A stretch of DNA of 64,000 bases from an uncultured virus (IMG/VR IMGVR_UViG_3300037258_000725). Lineage: Duplodnaviria > Heunggongvirae > Uroviricota > Caudoviricetes. A model generated the notes under the pieces. The model was not told where the DNA came from. It was given only the letters and a program-made list of their open reading frames with translations, and ran no database searches. The stretch is taken from IMG/VR virus record IMGVR_UViG_3300037258_000725, one strand, 5' to 3'. How positions within the stretch are numbered: position 1 is the stretch's first letter; each line of letters starts with the position of its first letter. Both the position numbers and the translations under genes were made by a program. Positions 9,480 to 18,127 of this stretch are shown in pieces.

Positions 9480-9821
9480 ATGTCAGGAGTTCTCCGTATC
9501 CTCAAGGCTGAGCCAGCAGTGATCCTCTACGCCATCAACGCGGGCCTGGCTCTGGCCATAACCTTCGGGCTGGACCTGACCAAAACACAGGAGGCGGCCA
9601 CGCTGACCATCATCTCAGCGGTGCTGACCCTGGCCGCCGCTGCCCTGACCCGGCCGCTGACTGTCTCGGTCATCACCGGGGCCCTGGCCACGGGGCTGAC
9701 TGCGGCTGGCGCCTTCGGCCTTCACCTGACCAGCGACCAGGTTGGCTCGGTCGTGTCCGTGGTGTCCCTGCTCCTCATGCATGTCCTGCGTGCAAACGTG
9801 AGCCCTGCTGCCCAGGACTGA
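9480..9821 (+). CDS. Holin-like 4-TM protein
   Basis: GGAGG RBS; 'EPAVI...FGLDLT..Q' duplicated; ends 'RANVSP', as in actinophage holins. Confidence 0.7.
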   Translation: MSGVLRILKAEPAVILYAINAGLALAITFGLDLTKTQEAATLTIISAVLTLAAAALTRPLTVSVITGALATGLTAAGAFGLHLTSDQVGSVVSVVSLLLMHVLRANVSPAAQD

Positions 9822-9940
9822 CCTAGACTGCCTGCCCTACCCCTGAAATGGGGCAGGGCAGCAGAACGCCCCGGCTGGCTCGGGCATCCCTCCCCCAGGG
9901 GATGCCGGGCCGGCCGGGGCTGTTTTTGCGTGCCTGGAGC

Positions 9941-10564
9941 TCAGCCCGCCATGGCGGCGGGGGTGGCCTGGACTTCGGTGCTGGCGGAGGGCAGGTGGGA
10001 GCCGTTGCCCTTGCACCGGAAACTGCCCTCCGCGTTGGCCCATCGCAGGGACCCGCGGGGCAGGCAGATCCTGGCCTTGCACCTGGAGCACCGGGGCTGG
10101 AGGAAGACCGCGGCGGGAACCTCCTCGCCCACCAGGAGCCTGGTCAGGCTGAGCATGTCCTCATGGTGGCTGGAGACGTAGAAGTCCTGGGCGGTCTTCA
10201 GGACCCGCTCCAGCACCACATGGGGCAGGTCCCGGCCAGCTAGCCGTTCGAGCTCGGCGGCCTGGTGCTCATCGCACATCCGCAGGACGTGGTTCTCACC
10301 AGGGCCCGCCCACACCAGCGTGCCCACAGCGGCCAGGAGGCAGGCATCTTCCTGGCAGGGGATCGCATCGCAGAAGTATGAGCACGGCTGGTAGGCCGTG
10401 GCCAGGCCCAGCTTCAGCAGGTGCTTGTTCATCTCACTGAAGCTGGGCACCTGGACGGGTGCCTGGTCCTTGACCATGACCTCCAGGCCTGGTGAACCAT
10501 CCAGGGCCGGGTAGGCAATAACCATGGTGGCCTGGACAGGAACAAGCTCAGCGGGCTGAGTCAT
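9941..10564 (-). CDS. Cys-rich hypothetical protein
   Basis: Long ORF with several CxxC/CxxH motifs. Confidence 0.5.
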   Translation of the reverse strand: MTQPAELVPVQATMVIAYPALDGSPGLEVMVKDQAPVQVPSFSEMNKHLLKLGLATAYQPCSYFCDAIPCQEDACLLAAVGTLVWAGPGENHVLRMCDEHQAAELERLAGRDLPHVVLERVLKTAQDFYVSSHHEDMLSLTRLLVGEEVPAAVFLQPRCSRCKARICLPRGSLRWANAEGSFRCKGNGSHLPSASTEVQATPAAMAG

Positions 10565-10691
10565 TAATCATCTCTTTCCAGGGAGGCACCAGTACACCGC
10601 AGCACATCAGGGCTAAATGCCACAAGGGAGCGGAGAATAAGACTCATGCATCCCCCTTTCCCGTAAGTGAGTAACAGGCATCAAGAAGTTT

Positions 10692-10985
10692 TCAGGCTTC
10701 CATCCCAGGCCAGCCATAGCGTGGCCCAATGCCCTTGCCCGCGCCCCTGCGGTGGGCAAGATTACGCACGGTCACGCCTGCGGCCTGGCCTTCCGGGGCC
10801 AGTTTCCAGGCTTCCTGGATGTGCCTGATCTCCTCCTCGTAGAACCGCCTGTGACCACCTGGAGTGCGGGCCACCCGAATCCAGCCCTTGTTTGCCCAGC
10901 GAGTGACTGTTCGCTGGTCAACGTTCAGCAGGTCGGCCACTTCGGGCCCTTTGAGAAGCCGGGGACCAGAGATGGGCTGGGGCAC
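10692..10985 (-). CDS. BldC-family MerR-like/excisionase HTH regulator
   Basis: 'LL...EVA.LL.VD.RTVTRWA..G....RTPGGHRRF.E.EI' closely matches the BldC signature. Confidence 0.8.
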   Translation of the reverse strand: MPQPISGPRLLKGPEVADLLNVDQRTVTRWANKGWIRVARTPGGHRRFYEEEIRHIQEAWKLAPEGQAAGVTVRNLAHRRGAGKGIGPRYGWPGMEA

Positions 10986-11104
10986 GGGTGTTCCTTCACA
11001 GGATGCCCGGCATCAACCCTCCCGGGCGGTTACGGTGTGTGATGGTTACTGAATGCGACACACCATACACCTAGTGCGACCGTTTGCGAAGGAGCTTGTT
11101 TTCC

Positions 11105-11341
11105 TCAGTGCTCGTGCGTGTCCTTGAAATGCAGATAATCCGCCCGAATCTTCATCCCGAGTTCAGTGGATGTTGCCGCTTTGAGCACTATTGAGCGGTC
11201 ACGTTTCGCCTGGGCTATCCAGGTAGTTTTGCCCCGGCTTTCATCTCGCCTGATGTCATAGGCCCTATGCCAGTGGAGCTTGAGGTGAGCCAATTCAGGG
11301 TCATCACCCAGGGCTGGGTCCGTGCCCTCCGTCACCACCAT
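11105..11341 (-). CDS. Hypothetical protein
   Basis: Co-directional ORF in the par operon. Confidence 0.5.
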   Translation of the reverse strand: MVVTEGTDPALGDDPELAHLKLHWHRAYDIRRDESRGKTTWIAQAKRDRSIVLKAATSTELGMKIRADYLHFKDTHEH

Positions 11342-11987
11342 CTGTCCCCCCAGTCTCGGGGAGGCCGCTCAGCCTGGCCAGCAGGTTGGCCACAGCCATC
11401 GCCGCCACCTCCCAGGTTGAAATTCTGTCATCCAGCAATGGGAGCCGGTCAGATATTGACCCTAGCTTGGCCGCATTGTCCTGGTGCAGCCTCCTGCCTG
11501 ATCCGGTCGTCCGGGTCCGGCCAAAGCCATGCCCGGCCTGCCACTCCAGCCCCAGCTTGCCGGCTTCAGCCAGGCTGGCAGGCACGGAATCGATGGCCGC
11601 GTTGATCACATGGCAGGGGTTGAGGAGCCGGTCCTGGGTCTGGGCCTTCTGGACGGCCACCAGCCTGGTGACCTCCTCCCAGATCTCGGCGGGCAGCCTG
11701 AGGCCATAGACCACCCAGTCCCCAGGGCGGCGCCGGGCTGAGTCCCTGGCCGCCATGACCGCCGCCCAGGCCTCCTCCTGGCCCTGGGGCAGGGCCACGG
11801 CCTTGCGGGTCTTCCGGGGCCGCCTGGGCCCGCTGGGGCTCTGCTTCCTGGCCCGGTCGGTCACTGTCCGGACGGCCACGGCGGCCGGTGGGGCCAGTTC
11901 GGTGACTCCCGCACTGACAGCCTGGTCTGGGGTCTGGGTGAGTCGCTGATCCTGGACGTAAGCGGCCATGCCGCGCCTGGGGCTCAT
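11304..11987 (-). CDS. ParA-partner protein (candidate centromere-binding)
   Basis: ATGA overlap with parA; disordered basic N-terminus, RHH-like 'GLRLPAEIWEEV'. Confidence 0.5.
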   Translation of the reverse strand: MSPRRGMAAYVQDQRLTQTPDQAVSAGVTELAPPAAVAVRTVTDRARKQSPSGPRRPRKTRKAVALPQGQEEAWAAVMAARDSARRRPGDWVVYGLRLPAEIWEEVTRLVAVQKAQTQDRLLNPCHVINAAIDSVPASLAEAGKLGLEWQAGHGFGRTRTTGSGRRLHQDNAAKLGSISDRLPLLDDRISTWEVAAMAVANLLARLSGLPETGGTDGGDGGHGPSPG

Positions 11988-12748
11988 CGCAGACCCGAGA
12001 CGTAGGCATGCAGGGGCGGGCTCATCTTTACGAGCTCCAGGAAGACACGGAGCAGATCGGACCTGGCATTGCCCGCTCCCATGGCCTCGATGTCAGTGAT
12101 CGGGATGCCATCGCTAATGGCCTTGGCGTGGGCCACATACCGGCGCACCGTGGCCTGGAGGCATGGGATTCCAGTCTGGAGCATCGCGGAGCCCTCCTCA
12201 TCGCTGGCATGGACCTGGTAGCCGCTCAGGAACTGCCGGGCGTCAAGTTCCAGGCTCTTGTGCCCTGGGGCGATGCCGTTGAGCAGAACCTTGGCCCTGC
12301 TGCCGCGGCGGACCACAAAGTCAATGGTGTCCACGGTGGGCGGCAAGGGCAGCGGGCCCATGTCCGATGGCACGATAATCTCATCGGCGTAAGGGATGAC
12401 CTGCTCAACCACGCCCCCTTCAGCCAGGGAGCTCGGTGTGTCCACCAGGATGAGCGGGACTCCGGTCACGTCCCTGAGGTACCTCAGTTGGGTGGGGTCT
12501 GGCTCATGCACGCAGGCGTACTTGCTGGGGCTGAGCATGGCCTGGGTGGCCCGGAAGGTGCTGGCTTGCCGGTCGGCATCCACGACCAGGGTGTTGACCC
12601 CTACCTCGGCGCTCATGGCACCAAGTCCCATGGTGACCGCTGTCTTGCCTACGCCTCCCTTGCCGTTGATGAGTACCCAGATAACTGGCTGGTCGGGTGG
12701 TGCGGCCCTGGCTCTCCTGGCCGGCCGCTGGGCTGTGGGTGTAGTCAT
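11984..12748 (-). CDS. parA: ParA family partition ATPase
   Basis: Deviant Walker A 'KGGVGKT', 'LVVDADRQAS', 'ILVDTP'. Confidence 0.9.
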   Translation of the reverse strand: MTTPTAQRPARRARAAPPDQPVIWVLINGKGGVGKTAVTMGLGAMSAEVGVNTLVVDADRQASTFRATQAMLSPSKYACVHEPDPTQLRYLRDVTGVPLILVDTPSSLAEGGVVEQVIPYADEIIVPSDMGPLPLPPTVDTIDFVVRRGSRAKVLLNGIAPGHKSLELDARQFLSGYQVHASDEEGSAMLQTGIPCLQATVRRYVAHAKAISDGIPITDIEAMGAGNARSDLLRVFLELVKMSPPLHAYVSGLR

Positions 12749-12865
12749 GGTGCCGCATCATAGAACAGGTGGCCCAGTCCGCGATATATCCCTCAGGCCT
12801 ATTGGCGTGTCGCCATCTGGGCTCAATACCTGCCCGGTGGGTTAGCCCCCCATGTCCTGACTTGG

Positions 12866-12916
12866 TGTTCGTCTGTTCGTCTGCGTGTTCGTCTCAGTGT
12901 TCGTGTGGCTGTTCGT
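12866..12916. repeat. Five TGTTCGT direct repeats (parS/iteron-like)
   Basis: At 12866, 12874, 12886, 12898 and 12910; upstream of parA. Confidence 0.6.
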
Positions 12917-12928
12917 CCGGTCAAGCAC

Positions 12929-13153
12929 ATCAGAGATTGCCTCTCTGCGGGCGTTGACAGGCCATGGCACCTGTGTATCTCCATCTGAGGCAGCCCCTCA
13001 GCGGGCCCGCATGCTGCCACTCGGCTGGTGGTTTATCTCATCGGTGATGTGCCTCACCGCGAGCCTGTGACTGTGATCCGTTCGTCGGAGATCTACCTCT
13101 CCGCGGGTCCGTCCTGCTCAACTAGGAGGTCGGAGGGTGAGTCCTCCGCGAGC
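12929..13153 (-). CRISPR. Mini-array C: 5 Cas12m-type hairpin repeats
   Basis: Units 12929-12952, 12983-13006, 13040-13064, 13084-13108 and 13129-13153; spacers 30, 33, 19 and 20 nt; compensatory stems CAGAGA, CTGAGG, CGGTGA, CGGAGA, CGGAGG. Confidence 0.8.
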
Positions 13154-13443
13154 CTTATCCCGGCCGGGTCCAGTTCGATCCGGCCCGCCACCACATCATC
13201 CACGAACATGCTGACCGCGTGCGCGCCAGTCAGGCCCGCCCGGTTGCAGCGCTGGTAGTACTCCTGCCAGACCTCAGGGGTCTTGCGGAGGTGAAAGGAC
13301 CGAGGAATGGCCGCCATGGCCCCCGAGGGTACTACTGAGGCCGATGGGGCTGGGGCCCCCGGTTGCGCCACTTCGGGGGTGGGGGCCCCAGCCTGGGGAG
13401 TCGAGAGGGCGGCGAGGTAGTCCCCTCCTGGCCCTGAGGTCAA
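13093..13443 (-). CDS. Possible RHH/RelB-like small regulator; 3' end runs into array C
   Basis: 'FHLR..PEVWQEY...C...GLT...AVSMFV..VV' RHH-like; start uncertain (ATG at 13317 is an alternative). Confidence 0.4.
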   Translation of the reverse strand: MTSGPGGDYLAALSTPQAGAPTPEVAQPGAPAPSASVVPSGAMAAIPRSFHLRKTPEVWQEYYQRCNRAGLTGAHAVSMFVDDVVAGRIELDPAGIRLAEDSPSDLLVEQDGPAER

Positions 13444-13651
13444 TGCCCAATCCCCTGGGCAGCCAGGCAGGACATCCCCTCCAGCACGCGCTCTCTAAGG
13501 CAGGTGACCCACCCCTAGTTGGGGCCCTGCCCATGGGGCCTGAGCCTAACCCACGGTGACTACTGCGTCACAGGATTGGTTCAGAAGTCTTGCTGACTGC
13601 CAGTGACCAGGTGCTACGATCCGTGATCATGCCGTTGAGAAGGGCGGTCAT

Positions 13652-14140
13652 ATGCGGAAGCTCCTGAATGGCCCCGTGAAAAACGCGGCGCTGTACGCCC
13701 GCCTCCTTCAGTGGATCGATGAGACCAGGGCTGGTGAGCAGGTCACTGAGCCCAGGCTCCGGGGCATCCGCTGGCACCAGGGCACCTGGTACAGCGGGCC
13801 ACCAGGTGGCCGGGTGTGCTGCCTGGGCTCAGCCGCTGTCCTGGCCAGTGGCTACCGGCTCACCATCAAGCGTGGCTACGTCACCATCGTCCGGCCCTGG
13901 TACCGGCCAGGATGGACGGGCGGGACGGTCCTGGCCCGCAAGGTGCTGGGCCTGACCAGGTATGAGGCCAGCCTCCTGTTCGCGCCCAACATCACCAGGA
14001 GGGCCCTGGAGGCCGCCCGGAGGTGCTTTGACGAGGGCAGGCCCATCACGGGTGCCATCCTGACCGCCGCTGACGCACCCTCCATCCTGGTCAGGACGGC
14101 TCCCCAGCAGGCCCTGGATGACAGGCTCTGCGTCCGGTAG
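13652..14140 (+). CDS. Hypothetical phage protein
   Basis: 'WHQGTW...CCLG..AV...ARKVLGL...EA.LLF' pattern seen in actinophage proteins; followed by a hairpin at about 14150-14190. Confidence 0.55.
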   Translation: MRKLLNGPVKNAALYARLLQWIDETRAGEQVTEPRLRGIRWHQGTWYSGPPGGRVCCLGSAAVLASGYRLTIKRGYVTIVRPWYRPGWTGGTVLARKVLGLTRYEASLLFAPNITRRALEAARRCFDEGRPITGAILTAADAPSILVRTAPQQALDDRLCVR

Positions 14141-14198
14141 GAGCAATGCCAGAGGGCCGGCCACCAGCGGTCCTGGTGGCCGGCCCTCTGCTGTGCCT

Positions 14199-14924
14199 CT
14201 AACGCAGAGCCTGCTGGGTGTTCCTGACCCGGCCCTGGCCGATGTCAGCGCGCTGGCCCTGGGCATAGCCGTCCCGGTAGCCAGTGCCTGAGTAGGTGAT
14301 CCTGGCCGTGCGGGTCAGGGGATAGGCCCGCTCAGCCTCACCCTTGATGACCTGAGTCCGGTCAGCCAGCACCAGGGCCACACCAGTGGACCCAGCGGCC
14401 TGCTCCTGGGTGGCCTGCTGGGTAGCTGCCGCCTCTGCCTCCCGGACCCTGGCAGTGACCGAGGTGGCGAACCCCAGCATCCAGGACCGCCGCCAGGCCT
14501 TCAGGCTCCTGACCCAGAGCGGAATCTCGGCCGCGGCCAGGCCATGCCACATCTGGACCAGCAGGGATGTGTAGAGCACGTCCAGCCGCTCCAGGTCCGA
14601 CTCGTAGCCGAACACATGGACCTTGAGCCCGTCCGTGGTGTGCAGCATGATGGCCTGGCAGCGGAGGGCCGCGGCCAGCCCGCACAGCAGGTGGGCCTTG
14701 ACCCTGGCCCAGGGGTTGTCCACGTCCAGCATCCTGCTGGAGGGCCTGTCCGTGTCCGGCTTGGCCTGAGCCAGCAGGGCCCGGTCAATGCCGTACTTGG
14801 CCATGAGCTCAGCGGCCTTGGCGGTCAGGGCCTCGGCCTCGGGCGGGGTGACTGACTCATCCTCAGCCTTGGCCAGGAGCTTGCGCACTCGGTCCAGGAG
14901 CTTGCTTGATGCTTCCGTGCTCAT
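14199..14924 (-). CDS. DUF2786 domain protein
   Basis: 'LDRVRKLLAKAE...EAEAL..KAAELMAKYGID' and 'GY..G.RADIG'. Confidence 0.85.
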   Translation of the reverse strand: MSTEASSKLLDRVRKLLAKAEDESVTPPEAEALTAKAAELMAKYGIDRALLAQAKPDTDRPSSRMLDVDNPWARVKAHLLCGLAAALRCQAIMLHTTDGLKVHVFGYESDLERLDVLYTSLLVQMWHGLAAAEIPLWVRSLKAWRRSWMLGFATSVTARVREAEAAATQQATQEQAAGSTGVALVLADRTQVIKGEAERAYPLTRTARITYSGTGYRDGYAQGQRADIGQGRVRNTQQALR

Positions 14925-14991
14925 CTGTCTCCTCTGGGGGGTTGCCCGGGGCCGCCTGCCTGCGGAGATGTTCCCGGGGTGGGTGTCATGC

Positions 14992-15023
14992 TTGACACTA
15001 TGCCATACTGGATATAGCGTCAA
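14992..15023. promoter_or_regulatory. Overlapping divergent promoters with GCCATA-N5-TATRGC operator
   Basis: Minus: TTGACG-17-TAGTGT; plus: TTGACA-17-TAGCGT. Confidence 0.6.
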
Positions 15024-15062
15024 CCCATATTATCCAGATCGCCTACACAGGAGGAGCACGAT

Positions 15063-15521
15063 GTGAGCGGAGACAGTACCCAGGAAGACCTGGCCATCAC
15101 GGCGGTGGGAAGCATAGCCCTTCACCCCCAGTGGCTGACCGGCCTCCAGCTTGACCTGCTGGAGCGCACTTATGGGCTCGCCAGTGACCAGCGGTGCCGC
15201 CAGTGCGGTGCACCACTTCAGTTCGCCACCACGACCGGAGCCGGAAGTGAGTATGCCTGCTCCAGTGATGATGCCAGCCCCATCAAGAATGCGATCGGTG
15301 GGCATGCATGGCGGAGACGGCTTGACCACTACCAGAACAGCCGCTGGACTGACCGCGGGCTGGCCAATGCCGCAGTGATCCTGCTGATTCAGGAACTCCG
15401 CTGGTGGCGGGCCCAGGCCGAGGAGCCCGAGCAGGAGGAGCCCCCAGTGGAGGGCTATGACCCAGGGCCTGAGGTGGATGACATGGGCGGTCTGTCCGAG
15501 GTCAACCCACTCGATCCATGA
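15063..15521 (+). CDS. Hypothetical protein with CxxC
   Basis: AGGAG RBS; coherent ORF. Confidence 0.5.
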   Translation: MSGDSTQEDLAITAVGSIALHPQWLTGLQLDLLERTYGLASDQRCRQCGAPLQFATTTGAGSEYACSSDDASPIKNAIGGHAWRRRLDHYQNSRWTDRGLANAAVILLIQELRWWRAQAEEPEQEEPPVEGYDPGPEVDDMGGLSEVNPLDP

Positions 15522-15692
15522 GCGGCCACAGTCACGGCAGCCCCAGCCTGGCCTGCACCTATGAGGCCACCTGGGGCCGTCCATGCCCATTCGCCGGGCA
15601 GCAGTATTTCCCGGCCTGGGCCTGCTTCCGGTGCGGCCAGGAGCCCCCTGAGCACTTGCCTGGATGCCGCGGGCAGGCTAGAAACTGATCAC

Positions 15693-15968
15693 ATGAGTGG
15701 CGATGGCGGCACTTCCTCACTGGAGGATCTCCTGAAGCGGGAGGGGCTCGCTGACCAGGTGGGCCCTGACTTCGGGCCCAGGGTGCTGGAGCTCATCTGC
15801 ACCCTGACCCGGATGAATGCCTGGGACTGGCTGTCACACAGGCTCAGTGACTCTGACCGGGAGCTCCTGGCCGACCTGGTGGAGGCCCACAACCATCGCC
15901 TTGAGCAGGGCAAAACCCCGCCCCGAACCTACTGGGTCTTCTTCAGCCGCTGGTGGCGGCACCAGTAA
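15693..15968 (+). CDS. Hypothetical protein
   Basis: Coherent ORF ending 'RWWR' upstream of cas12m. Confidence 0.45.
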   Translation: MSGDGGTSSLEDLLKREGLADQVGPDFGPRVLELICTLTRMNAWDWLSHRLSDSDRELLADLVEAHNHRLEQGKTPPRTYWVFFSRWWRHQ

Positions 15969-16001
15969 AGACGGCGAATCTCCTGACACGCCCCGTGAGC
16001 A

Positions 16002-16018
16002 TGCGGTAACTTACCGCA
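16002..16018. promoter_or_regulatory. Perfect palindrome TGCGGTAA-C-TTACCGCA (candidate operator)
   Basis: 8-bp arms with a 1-nt centre, just upstream of the cas12m leader repeat. Confidence 0.4.
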
Positions 16019-16022
16019 ACGT

Positions 16023-16048
16023 GCCCGCGGAGGGGCAGCACCTCCGAC
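16023..16048 (+). CRISPR. Single Cas12m-type repeat in the effector's 5' leader
   Basis: GCCCG-CGGAGG-GGCAGCA-CCTCCG-AC ending 30 nt before the ATG at 16079. Confidence 0.75.
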
Positions 16049-16078
16049 CTGTCTGTCGATTTCCTGGGGGGCTGTCCC

Positions 16079-18058
16079 ATGCCCAAGCGTGTTTCCCGTG
16101 CTGAGCGCGAGAACCTGAGGGCCATCGTCTACAAGTATGAGCTCGCCCACTACGTCGAGCCTGAGATCACCGATGCCATCGTGGGCCAGCTTCACCTGGC
16201 CAATGACGCCTGGAACCTGCACACCCAGATTGAGCGGGAACGGGATGAGGGTGAACGCCAGTTCTGGGCCAGCCACAAGACCGTAGGCCCGCTCATGGCC
16301 GCCCGGGACGTGGCCCAGGATGAGGTTGACCGGCACTATGCGGCCATCAGGGAGCAGAAGCAGCACGACCGCTCCGCTACCCCTGACCCTGAACTGGTCA
16401 CCCAACTGAAGGAAGCCAGGGACAAGTCCACAGCCTCCCGGGAGGCCTTCAAGTCGGCCCGCAATGCGGCCAGGCCCCATGTCCGCGGTGACCTCATGAA
16501 GATCAGTGAGGTCAGGGATGCGGCCCGCAAGCATGCCTACAAGGTGGCCACCGAGAGCGGGCTGTACTGGGCCACGTTCAACATCGTGGCCGCCCACCAC
16601 AACATCGCCAACAAGCAGGTCATCAAGGCCCGGACCAGGGGAGCCCGGGCGGAGATGCAGTTCCACCGCTGGGATGGCACGGGCACGCTCAGGGTCCAGC
16701 TACAGCGCGAGGAAGGTGACCCGGCCCGGACCCTGGAAATGCTGTCCATGTGTGCTGGCTCCAGGCTGGTGGCCACAGGTGAGGTTGAGGTCAAGAAGAT
16801 GGCCGCGCCGGCGGGGGAGTTCCCCCGCCTGATCGAGGTCTGTTTTGCCAACTGCCCGCACTGTGACAGGCGGGTGCCCCTCGGGGAGGATGGCCTGACC
16901 TCTGACCACTACCAGCCTGGCAACAAGTGGCGGAACATGCTCAGCATCGAGCAGCCGTTCATGGACCCGGCCACCTGGGCAGCCACCCCGCGCAAGGACA
17001 GGATTCATGTCAACGTCAAGTTCCGGGTGGGCCAGGGCGACCAGGAGACCATCCTGACCCTGCCCATCAGGATGCACCGGCAGATTCCCCTCGATGCCGA
17101 TATCGCTGAGGTCCAGCTAACCCGCCGCCGCACCGGGCCAGACTTCAGGATGTTCATGGAGTTCATGATCCTGGTGCCCATGCCCCCGGCCAGGGCTGAG
17201 GGGGAGCTCGCGGCTGCCCACCTGGGCTGGCGGGTCCTGCCCAGCGGAGACATCAGGGTGGCGGTCACCACCACCCCCAGGGCCAGGATGCTGCCCATGG
17301 ACCTGGCCCGCAACGGGTACGTCCACTACCACGGTGACTGGGCTGAGGTGGTCATCCCTGTGGAGCGACGGGACCACCAGGCCAAGATGCAAGATCTCCA
17401 GTCCAAGCGGGACAAGCACACCGGGGAGACCAAAGCATGGCTCCAGGCCTGGGTCAGTGAGCACCCTGACCGCAAGGACGCCATTGACCCTGGGGGCAAG
17501 CTGCATGCCTGGAGGTCAGCCGGTGCGTTCTCCAACCTGCTGCGGGACCTCATGCTGGGCTACACCGATGACCCAGTGCTGTCTGAGGTGATCACCCACC
17601 TGGAGGAGTGGCAGGAGTACGACGAGCACCTGTGGCGCTGGGCAGCCTGGGGAGGGGCCCGGGACAACCGCAAGCGGCTGGATGCCTTCCGGCACTTCTC
17701 GGCCTGGCTGTGCCAGGACGCGGCCATGGTCATCGTGGACCAGTGGCAGATCACCAACCGCACCCCTGACATCACCGTGGCTGAGACCCCCCGGGAAGCC
17801 AGGGCCAGGGCCAATGCCCGCCTGGCCTCCCCGGGCAAGTTCAGGGAGGCCATGGAGAAGGCGGCCGGGAAGGTGGGTGCCCGGGTCATGGAGCCTGAGG
17901 AGCTCGCCTACGGCATCCACACTGGCTGTGGGGGAGAGCTCGCCCGCAACGACCGCACAAAGTCCGTCATGGTGATGTGTGGCGGGTGCGGGAACATGGT
18001 GGACCAGGACGTGAACGTGCTCAGGGCCCAGATCCTGGCTGCCACACAGTCCGCCTGA
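16079..18058 (+). CDS. cas12m: Cas12m-like (type V-M/V-U1) RNA-guided DNA-binding effector with inactivated RuvC
   Basis: Collinear with recalled MmCas12m motifs: 'GLYWATFN', 'HRWDGTGTLRVQLQR', 'KWRNML', 'MHRQIPLDADI', RuvC-I 'AAHLGWR' (His for Asp), RuvC-II 'VIVDQ', 'ASPGKFR', Zn finger 'HTGCG...CGGCG', RuvC-III 'DQDVN'. Confidence 0.88.
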   Translation: MPKRVSRAERENLRAIVYKYELAHYVEPEITDAIVGQLHLANDAWNLHTQIERERDEGERQFWASHKTVGPLMAARDVAQDEVDRHYAAIREQKQHDRSATPDPELVTQLKEARDKSTASREAFKSARNAARPHVRGDLMKISEVRDAARKHAYKVATESGLYWATFNIVAAHHNIANKQVIKARTRGARAEMQFHRWDGTGTLRVQLQREEGDPARTLEMLSMCAGSRLVATGEVEVKKMAAPAGEFPRLIEVCFANCPHCDRRVPLGEDGLTSDHYQPGNKWRNMLSIEQPFMDPATWAATPRKDRIHVNVKFRVGQGDQETILTLPIRMHRQIPLDADIAEVQLTRRRTGPDFRMFMEFMILVPMPPARAEGELAAAHLGWRVLPSGDIRVAVTTTPRARMLPMDLARNGYVHYHGDWAEVVIPVERRDHQAKMQDLQSKRDKHTGETKAWLQAWVSEHPDRKDAIDPGGKLHAWRSAGAFSNLLRDLMLGYTDDPVLSEVITHLEEWQEYDEHLWRWAAWGGARDNRKRLDAFRHFSAWLCQDAAMVIVDQWQITNRTPDITVAETPREARARANARLASPGKFREAMEKAAGKVGARVMEPEELAYGIHTGCGGELARNDRTKSVMVMCGGCGNMVDQDVNVLRAQILAATQSA

Positions 18059-18060
18059 AC

Positions 18061-18127
18061 GCCCGCAGAGAGGTCTTGTCTCTGACGCCGCTTGGCTGTT
18101 AAGCCCGCGGAGAGGCTGGTCTCCGAC
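18061..18127 (+). CRISPR. Mini-array directly downstream of cas12m: 2 repeats, 16-nt spacer
   Basis: Starts 2 nt after the stop: GCCCG-CAGAGA-GGTCTTG-TCTCTG-AC, GCCGCTTGGCTGTTAA, GCCCG-CGGAGA-GGCTGG-TCTCCG-AC. Confidence 0.85.

Noticed and set aside
14958..14978. Possible additional repeat GCCTG-CGGAGA-TG-TTCCCG
   Set aside because: 2-nt loop, mismatched stem and no terminal AC
16079..18058. Ordinary IS200/IS605 TnpB transposon gene
   Set aside because: It is much longer than typical TnpB, has no tnpA or IS ends nearby, has His at RuvC-I, carries Cas12m-specific N-terminal motifs and is flanked by crRNA-like repeats
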